DNA of 39,204 bases. Source: an uncultured Candidatus Peregrinibacteria bacterium. Lineage in GTDB: Bacteria; Patescibacteriota; Gracilibacteria; UBA1369; LOWO2-01-FULL-3. Every line of letters starts with the position of its first letter. The stretch's first letter is position 1. The stretch lies in the NCBI GenBank assembly GCA_903847465.1, contig CAINDQ010000038.1:1-39204 (forward strand), in the 5' to 3' direction. The notes under the pieces were generated by a model. The model was not told the origin of the DNA. It did no database searches and saw only the letters and a list, made by a program, of their open reading frames with translations. This document shows positions 24,901-30,965 of this stretch, in pieces. A program made the translations under genes and the position numbers.

Positions 24901-26886
24901 GTTATGCGTTTTGCGTAATTGTGGAAAATTGGGCCCAAAAAGAACCCAATCATTTTGAAAATCCCAAGCACTATATATCCCCAAGACTTGATCATAAAAA
25001 TCTGAATCCATTGCCCTCGAATACCCCATGACCGCACCTACCTCATTGCCAACCGCATCAACACCCTCACGAGCAACCCAACCATCAGTTTCCAAACTAT
25101 TCGGCAAACCTGCCCCAATAAAACCACCGACTGGATTACTACCACTAACAACACCCGTTGCGTAAGAATTAGTTACAACTGGTAGCGGAGAAGAATATGA
25201 CACAAAGCCAATGAGACCACCAACATTACTACCAGTCGCTGTCCCGGTAGCATAAGAATTTGCAATCACACCATTGTCACCAAGGTACCCAACTAATCCA
25301 CCAATTGTGCTAGGCCCAGAAACTTCAGCATTGGAATATGAATCATTTATCACGTTTTCATTTCGACCAACCAAACCGCCAATATTATGACCATCTCCAC
25401 TCAGTTCACTTCCATACACTTCACCAGTCGAAAATGATTTTGAAACATCACCGTCATTGTAACCAACAAGAGCTCCGACATGAAAATCCCCAGTTATATT
25501 TACATTGGTTAAACCAACGTTCGTGATCATTGACGCACCTGATGTATATCCAAACAAACCAATACTCTCTGTTAACGGTCGATTAATAAACAAACCATCG
25601 ATGGTGTAACTTTGACCATCAAATGAACCAGCAAAAGGAGTAATCGGCTCAAATCCCATTAAATAAGTTACATCAGCCGTAACGGCTCCCCCTGGTGCTA
25701 CATCAAAAGTAATCGTCCCATTCTTAGCATCGACTGTATACGAATCTTCCGCAGCGACTTCCCCTCCAACATAAACCTCTCCCCCCGTTAACTCAATATA
25801 ACCTGTTGAATAAGTAGTTCCTTCAAGCAATGTGAGCGATATTCCCGTCACTAAAGCTGACTCATTCCAATTTCCCGATTCCGCACAATCAATATCATCA
25901 ATCAAAACATAATACGCATCCAAATCCGTATTCATATTTTGCAACTGCTGACAACTTTCTATTTGATAAGGATTTTCCGAAGTACCAGCTCCTTCTTCCC
26001 CGGAATTAGAGAAAACAGGGCCCTCAACTGTGATCGTTCCGGAATCAACCGATGTAAGTCCTTCCTGAGCAGCTCTTATATTCGCGCTACCAGTATCATC
26101 GGCGCTAAACACTAAATATTCACCTTCTGGATTAATGCCAATATCACCACTCTCACCATCTGCAACTCCTCCGGTTTCGTTTTCAAGTGTCCACGAAGTA
26201 GCACCTGAAATACTGACATTCCCAATAAAATTATCATACTGATCACGAGTAATAGCATATGCATGCAACTCCTCACCAATAGTAATTGTTTGCTCTGGAA
26301 CCACGGTCCCACTTCCATCCGCAGCCGTTTCTACTAGAACCTGAGTAGGAGCTCCAGCAACCAACGTAACATCGGAAATAGTTAGAGGAGCAACCATATT
26401 CATTCCCATGGAAAAAATTCCAAAAGAACCTCCGGTAGTAGCTGTCGTTGGAAGTTGAATTTCATTACCACTAGCTGTATCTGACAATTTCACCGTAACC
26501 GCACCAGCATTAATAGTCGTTTCGACCCCCAACCTAATAGTGGGATCTCCAGAAATCTCAGCGATGCCAGGCGGATTATCCACCGGCCCATCTTGCTCAA
26601 TAACGAAATCCGACCCAGTAATATTCTCAGAATTTAGAGTCGACCCATCAGGGAAAGTCAAATATAGACTGAAAGACGGCTGGTACGTTCCCGTGGATTG
26701 AAAAGTTGTAATGACATCTCCAGGTTGCAACCAAGATCCGACAGTACTACCGGAAGGCCCGAAAGTTAGACCGGTGGCATCAGCGTTTGCCGTTTCCATT
26801 TTCAAGCCACCCAAATTGGTAGCCATTAATGCAATAACAACAAAACTCGCAACGAGTTTTTTGAAACAGGAAAGAGATTTTTTCAT
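15946..26886 (-). CDS. giant SLH-anchored modular surface protein B (3646 aa; GLUG stalks, LamG, Hint/BIL, SBBP propeller, glycine-rich domains)
   Basis: A 3646-aa uninterrupted ORF with these elements. (1) A signal peptide [27 protein letters not shown]..ADA nearly identical to that of A. (2) An Ig-like domain. (3) Four cap modules (PYQIE[ST]C.QLQ...DIDC), each followed by GLUG turns. (4) One LamG domain. (5) A Hint domain CFLGGTQ...ILAHN. (6) Seven WHTFYGS-type SBBP blades. (7) [9 protein letters not shown]-type glycine-rich domains. (8) Three C-terminal SLH repeats. Confidence 0.95.
   Translation of the reverse strand: [3646 protein letters not shown]
15949..16467 (-). other. three SLH repeats, C-terminus of protein B
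   Basis: [138 protein letters not shown]. Confidence 0.9.
17314..18123 (-). other. glycine-rich domain(s) of the ALK/LTK-GRD / bacterial Gly_rich type (residues ~2922-3191 of B)
   Basis: [59 protein letters not shown]...[13 protein letters not shown]...[12 protein letters not shown]. This is preceded by a shorter Gly-rich segment that ends in [10 protein letters not shown]. Confidence 0.6.
18754..20136 (-). repeat. seven tandem SBBP-type beta-propeller repeats (residues 2251-2711 of B)
   Basis: There are seven units of about 60-70 aa. Each follows W/T-HTFYGS..(D/E)..G..I..D..GN.YV.G.S...W.G.......H...G..D..V.KL...G.Y. Confidence 0.75.
21070..21579 (-). other. 170-aa orphan module immediately C-terminal to the Hint domain (residues 1770-1939 of B)
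   Basis: [30 protein letters not shown]...[20 protein letters not shown]. The module is K/Y/E-rich and lacks the GLUG periodicity of both flanks. The lines I hand-counted across the 21070..21993 insert were mostly 22-38% GC (one was 48%), against 42% and 55% in the two flanking lines counted. Confidence 0.5.
21580..21993 (-). other. Hint / bacterial intein-like (BIL, A-type-like) autoprocessing domain, 138 aa (residues 1632-1769 of B)
   Basis: Block A is [13 protein letters not shown] (Cys1 codon at 21993..21991). Block B is [11 protein letters not shown] (TxxH). Block F is VYNLEV...HSYYADGIL and block G is AHN (Asn codon at 21582..21580). No endonuclease insert is present. The next residue is Lys, not Cys/Ser/Thr. 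Confidence 0.8.
22768..23277 (-). other. LamG / concanavalin-A-like lectin domain in protein B
   Basis: [39 protein letters not shown]...[22 protein letters not shown]...[22 protein letters not shown]. Confidence 0.7.
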
Positions 26887-26990
26887 ATTTATTTATTTAG
26901 GATTTGAGGATGAAGATTTTTTATTACTCTTGCGAGTATATCAAGCGCACAAGCCAAATGTAAATATTTCTTTTCGCAATAAAATCCGTG
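26708..26990 (-). repeat. copy 2 of the duplicated promoter/5' leader/signal-peptide cassette (partner at 15570..15852)
   Basis: See the partner feature. The copies are direct repeats about 11.1 kb apart on the same strand. Confidence 0.85.
26935..26964 (-). promoter_or_regulatory. sigma70-like promoter of giant gene B
   Basis: Minus strand: TTTACA (26964..26959), an 18-nt spacer, then TATACT (26940..26935). The hexamers are identical to those of the gene A promoter. Confidence 0.45.
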
Positions 26991-27035
26991 GTACAATAGC
27001 AGGAGAAAAATATTTCCCTTCTTAACCAAAAGATT

Positions 27036-27449
27036 ATGAAAAAAATTGCAATCTCTCTGTTAATCATCAGCGCTCTCGCTTTCACCGGTTGCGGACAGGC
27101 CCCGACAAACACGCCTCCCACAAACACAACCACCAGCGATCTAAAAACCTACACTGCCAAATTATTCACAGTAAAATACCCAAGCACCTTTGAGGCAAAA
27201 GAAGACACCCAAGAAATCTTAACAATTTCTAGCGATAAAGGAAAAATCATGATCGGCAATTTCGAACCAAACGCTTCTCCTGGCCCACAACCAGGCATGA
27301 CTCAAACCCAAATCGACGAATTTCCAAAAGACACAATTTATCACGGCAGAGTTGGAGAAATCGCTAGCGCTTTATTTTATCCAACAGGCGACAAAGCAAC
27401 AATGGACGAACTAAAATCAATTCAAAGCTCAATCAATTTAATTCCCTAA
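27036..27449 (+). CDS. putative lipoprotein (137 aa)
   Basis: MKKIAISLLIISALAFTGC is a signal peptide with a lipobox-like FTGC, followed by a Thr/Pro-rich linker (GQAPTNTPPTNTTTS). Confidence 0.7.
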   Translation: MKKIAISLLIISALAFTGCGQAPTNTPPTNTTTSDLKTYTAKLFTVKYPSTFEAKEDTQEILTISSDKGKIMIGNFEPNASPGPQPGMTQTQIDEFPKDTIYHGRVGEIASALFYPTGDKATMDELKSIQSSINLIP

Positions 27450-27461
27450 TCAAAAACACCC

Positions 27462-27860
27462 ATGAAAGGATTCAACGCCAACATCGAAAAAGCCACTTTA
27501 GAAAACACTAACTTCCGCAAAGTTCTCTACACCGGCCATCACAGCCAACTCGTCCTGATGTGCCTAAAACCAAATGAAGAAATCGGTATGGAAGTTCACT
27601 CTGACAACGACCAGTTTTTCCGTTTCGAAAAAGGCCAAGGCAAATGCATCATTGATGGAAATGAATACGAATTGTCCGACGGCTCCGCAATCGTCGTTCC
27701 ATCAGGCGCTCAACACAACATCATCAATACTTCAGAAACCGACGACCTAAAACTCTACACCATCTATTCCCCTGCCCACCACAAAGACGGCATCGTCCGC
27801 GCTACAAAAGCCGACGCCGAATCACAAGAGGCAGAATTTGATGGAGTAACAACTGAGTAA
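27462..27860 (+). CDS. cupin-domain protein (132 aa)
   Basis: GMEVHSDNDQFFRFEKGQG is cupin motif 1-like. GSAIVVPSGAQHNIIN matches cupin motif 2, G.....P.G..H...N. Confidence 0.8.
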   Translation: MKGFNANIEKATLENTNFRKVLYTGHHSQLVLMCLKPNEEIGMEVHSDNDQFFRFEKGQGKCIIDGNEYELSDGSAIVVPSGAQHNIINTSETDDLKLYTIYSPAHHKDGIVRATKADAESQEAEFDGVTTE

Positions 27861-27908
27861 TAATCGAGCAAAAACGCCAATCCACAGCACAATTCCCCAC
27901 CTCTTAAT

Positions 27909-27937
27909 TTGACATTCCCGCCTCAATAGAGCAGAAT
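27909..27937 (+). promoter_or_regulatory. sigma70-like promoter for 27962..28456
   Basis: TTGACA (27909..27914), a 17-nt spacer, then CAGAAT (27932..27937). The predicted leader is about 18 nt. Confidence 0.4.
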
Positions 27938-27961
27938 TGACGTAATATAAGTTTATGCTAT

Positions 27962-28456
27962 ATGGCAATTGGTAAGCCTAGAGACGATAGAGATGATCAA
28001 TCTGGTCCTCTCTTTATACCAGCTAACGACGCAGATCGATCGACTGACACAGCCGCTCTTGGAAGTACCGATACTCCCGACGTGGAAATCAGTGATTTTG
28101 TAAGAGACCAAGTAACCGCCCTAAGGCCAGAATATGAAGTATTTCGAGATCTTGGATTATCTTTTCCAGGAGCTGATCAAAAATTTTCAATAAGCGATTT
28201 TTTGGCAAAAAGGGCCGTAATAGAAGGTGGCCAAGTTGTAACGTTAGATCTTTCAAGAATGGTCATCTCAAACCCTTTAGCCTTAAGAGGCCTGCCAAGA
28301 CTTCGAGAGTTAAGTTTTGTTGACGCCACCGACGGAAACGGAATTCCTCTTATTTCTGACGAAGATGTCGCCGCCGTCTTTACAACTCTCCCCAGTTTAA
28401 AAACCTTGAGACTAGAAGTAAATCAAACGATAGTCTATCCTGAAGGCATAAACTAA
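27962..28456 (+). CDS. hypothetical soluble protein with two or three LRR-like segments (164 aa)
   Basis: The N-terminus is acidic and probably disordered. It is followed by VVTLDLSRMVIS, LPRLRELSFVD and LPSLKTLRLEVN, which are weak LxxLxL matches. Confidence 0.5.
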   Translation: MAIGKPRDDRDDQSGPLFIPANDADRSTDTAALGSTDTPDVEISDFVRDQVTALRPEYEVFRDLGLSFPGADQKFSISDFLAKRAVIEGGQVVTLDLSRMVISNPLALRGLPRLRELSFVDATDGNGIPLISDEDVAAVFTTLPSLKTLRLEVNQTIVYPEGIN

Positions 28457-28472
28457 TTGTTAAATCTTCACC

Positions 28473-29027
28473 ATGAAAATAGCCCTCATCATCCACGGGA
28501 CAGAAGGTTATCCAGAAGAGAATTGGTTTCCTTGGTTGAAAAACGAATTAGCTATTTTTGGTTATCAAACAATCATTCCTCAATTCCCTACTCCTCAGGG
28601 TCAGAATCCTGAAGAATGGCTAAAAGTCCTCGCACCACTAATGAATAATTTTAACGAAGAAAGCATTCTGATCGGCCACAGCATCGGCGCCACTTTCTTG
28701 CTCCGCGTTCTCGAAAAACTCGAGACAAAAGTAAAAGCCGCAGTCCTTGTCGCTCCATCCTTTGGCATCAAACCAATCACCTATTTCGACCTCGACGTTC
28801 CTTTCACAAAAGATCCTTTTGATTGGAATAAAATCCGCAGTTCGGCTAGTCACTTTCTCGTTTTCCATTCCGAAGACGACCCCTACATCTGTCTAGCCAA
28901 TGGCCAGAAAATCGCAGACGAATTAGGCACAACTCTAATCGCCGAAAAAAACGCCGGCCATTTCAACGCCAACGCTGGCTACGCAAAATTTCCAGACCTT
29001 CTTGAAAAGTTAAAGAAATTTTTATAA
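28473..29027 (+). CDS. alpha/beta serine hydrolase of the YdeN/RBBP9 family (184 aa)
   Basis: IALIIHGTEGYPEENWFPWLKNEL matches the family N-terminal pattern. GHSIG is the nucleophile elbow. FHSEDDPY supplies the Asp and NAGHFN the His. Confidence 0.8.
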   Translation: MKIALIIHGTEGYPEENWFPWLKNELAIFGYQTIIPQFPTPQGQNPEEWLKVLAPLMNNFNEESILIGHSIGATFLLRVLEKLETKVKAAVLVAPSFGIKPITYFDLDVPFTKDPFDWNKIRSSASHFLVFHSEDDPYICLANGQKIADELGTTLIAEKNAGHFNANAGYAKFPDLLEKLKKFL

Positions 29028-29121
29028 GCCACCGGCTGTACAAACCTCTTTGTTTTTCCGATTAGTCTTCTTGCCTTTTTTCAATTTAAAGGTAAAAATA
29101 CCCTCCACTAATCATCGTCGA

Positions 29122-29688
29122 ATGTTTGAAAAAACAAGAGCACGCGTCACAGAAAAATGCAAAACTGACTTACTCACCAGACAGCAAGCAACCGAAATGA
29201 TCCGTCGAATTATTTACAGAACTATCGTTCAAAAAGTTCGTCCACACTTAAACCCGATGGCCCATTTAATCCAGTTTATTCGAGATGATGCAGGTAGAAA
29301 TGCCGTTGATCAAGCGCTCGGACGTAACGCTCATAGAGACGAAACGATTCCCAAAGAACGCTCCTTGAAAGAAATGATTGAAGGAAGCCCGGATCACCTC
29401 ATTGCCAGAATGCTTGGAGAAATTGCGGACTGCATAGATAAAAGCGCCACGCTTTCCATCGAAGATTTAACCAAGGCCCTCCAAGCCATTGTCGCCCGAT
29501 ATTATCACGGATATTCAGACCTATTTAATGCTGAAGAACTTTTGAGGGCATATGGAGTACGGAAAATTTTGGACGACATGATTATCCGAGAAACCATTGA
29601 AGGCAAACCTTTGCCGACACTTTTAATAGTCGGATATGTCCGAGAAACAGCCTCCGAATTTCTTGGCTGTCTTCCCAAAAAAAGTTAA
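29122..29688 (+). CDS. hypothetical soluble helical protein (188 aa)
   Basis: This is the ATG-initiated part of track ORF 29050..29688. The TTG extension is a hydrophobic-looking artefact, and a TTGCCT-N17-AAAAAT element at 29071..29099 lies inside it. No motif was recognised. Confidence 0.5.
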   Translation: MFEKTRARVTEKCKTDLLTRQQATEMIRRIIYRTIVQKVRPHLNPMAHLIQFIRDDAGRNAVDQALGRNAHRDETIPKERSLKEMIEGSPDHLIARMLGEIADCIDKSATLSIEDLTKALQAIVARYYHGYSDLFNAEELLRAYGVRKILDDMIIRETIEGKPLPTLLIVGYVRETASEFLGCLPKKS

Positions 29689-29702
29689 GCCACCTCCATT
29701 AA

Positions 29703-30779
29703 TTAATGCCTTCTTTTCTCTCTGCTTTTTCTTACCACTTTCAAGATCCTTTCATTCGCCCTTTCATGCAATTCTTCAGCAAAAGATCTTTGAACCGTAA
29801 CTCTATTGTTATACCTAACCGGTTCTTTTGGAATACCTTGCTTCAATTCAATTCCAAAATCCTTATCTGCAAAACCAGCCTGCTCCGCAATTCTCAAAAA
29901 TAAATCCTGCTGAACCTCACCAACAGAAGTTTCTTTTACCGCAGGCATAAAGGCCATATACTTGCTTCCATTCAAAGGCTCACCGCGAAACCGAAAAAAC
30001 ATCAACATAAAATCACTCAAAATTTGATGAGCCTTCAAAAGCTCCTGCCTGCTACAACCGTTTTGATTTTCCAGCATGGCCAAAGCTGTTTGAATATGTT
30101 TCGGAATTGGCAATCCCGTCTCGCTTTTTCTTCCAATCATTTCGCTAATCAAAAACACCAACCTAGAAACACATGCTTTAAATCTAATATGCAACAAATT
30201 GTTACCCATTTGAGATCCGGTTTCTTGAATCCATTTCAATTCCAGCAATTCCCTGAACAAAGCAGTTAATACTTTTTTAAAATCTTTATCCGTTACTCCA
30301 GTCTCAATCAAAGTATCTACACCGGCAGGCTCACTGGTTTTAATAACCTTCCCCCTGTGTGCCGACTGTCCAGCAAAATACGACACAGTCGCAATAATCG
30401 TAGCTATATCAAAATGTCTATTGCTGGTATCGAAAGGCGCAAGCGCGTCAACATCCAAATGATTTTGCTCGGGATTATATCCATAGCCATCCTTGCCAGG
30501 GAAAAAACCATAGCCATACATCTCCGCCAAGCCCTTGGCCACAAAAGGATACTTATGATCCAACCAGTTTCGACCAAATTGAGGAGACTTTTCAAACACA
30601 CTATTTCCTCTCCTAGGATCATGTCCACGCTCACAGCTACGCTCAAATGGAGATATTCCCCGATGAATTAAACTCTCGTAAGCCTCTCTATGCACAGCCA
30701 ATCTCTCTGCTCCATCAGTATAAGTAGCGGCATATTCATCCGGAGTGATTGTAAATTTTTCAGATGTTTCTGGTGGCAT
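29703..30779 (-). CDS. hypothetical soluble protein (358 aa from Met at 30779; ATGs at 30806 and 30911 are alternatives)
   Basis: A long clean ORF. A minus-strand promoter, TTGACG (30833..30828), 17-nt spacer, AAGAAT (30810..30805), places the transcript start downstream of the two upstream ATGs. No family was recognised. Confidence 0.6.
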   Translation of the reverse strand: MPPETSEKFTITPDEYAATYTDGAERLAVHREAYESLIHRGISPFERSCERGHDPRRGNSVFEKSPQFGRNWLDHKYPFVAKGLAEMYGYGFFPGKDGYGYNPEQNHLDVDALAPFDTSNRHFDIATIIATVSYFAGQSAHRGKVIKTSEPAGVDTLIETGVTDKDFKKVLTALFRELLELKWIQETGSQMGNNLLHIRFKACVSRLVFLISEMIGRKSETGLPIPKHIQTALAMLENQNGCSRQELLKAHQILSDFMLMFFRFRGEPLNGSKYMAFMPAVKETSVGEVQQDLFLRIAEQAGFADKDFGIELKQGIPKEPVRYNNRVTVQRSFAEELHERANERILKVVRKSREKRRH

Positions 30780-30804
30780 TTTTTGAAAATTTAAAATGGC
30801 AATC

Positions 30805-30853
30805 ATTCTTACACAAAGAGCCCCTTGCGTCAACAGACTCTTGGTGTTACAAT
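30805..30853. promoter_or_regulatory. back-to-back divergent promoters with overlapping -35 hexamers
   Basis: Plus strand: TTGCGT (30825..30830), 17-nt spacer, TACAAT (30848..30853), preceded by TGT (extended -10). Minus strand: TTGACG (30833..30828), 17-nt spacer, AAGAAT (30810..30805). The two -35 elements share the 9-bp TTGCGTCAA. Confidence 0.45.
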
Positions 30854-30965
30854 CGCCCTCCTTAACCGTACGATTTTGGACGAAATTAATCAAAGACACA
30901 TAGCTGACCATATTTCCGAGCTAGGAAATAACACTGGCGACACTCTGCTCGCCGCCCAAAGAATC

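Noticed and set aside
6596-26886. An alternative genetic code, such as UGA recoding as in some candidate phyla.
   Set aside because: Both giant genes and all other genes are open and end sensibly under the standard bacterial code, so no recoding needs to be invoked.
30780-30965. Longer versions of the divergent genes: the minus gene from ATG 30911 or 30806, and the plus gene from TTG 30825.
   Set aside because: The extensions overlap each other and contain the back-to-back promoters. The TTG at 30825 is itself a -35 hexamer. An in-frame TTG at 30876 remains a possible start for the plus gene.
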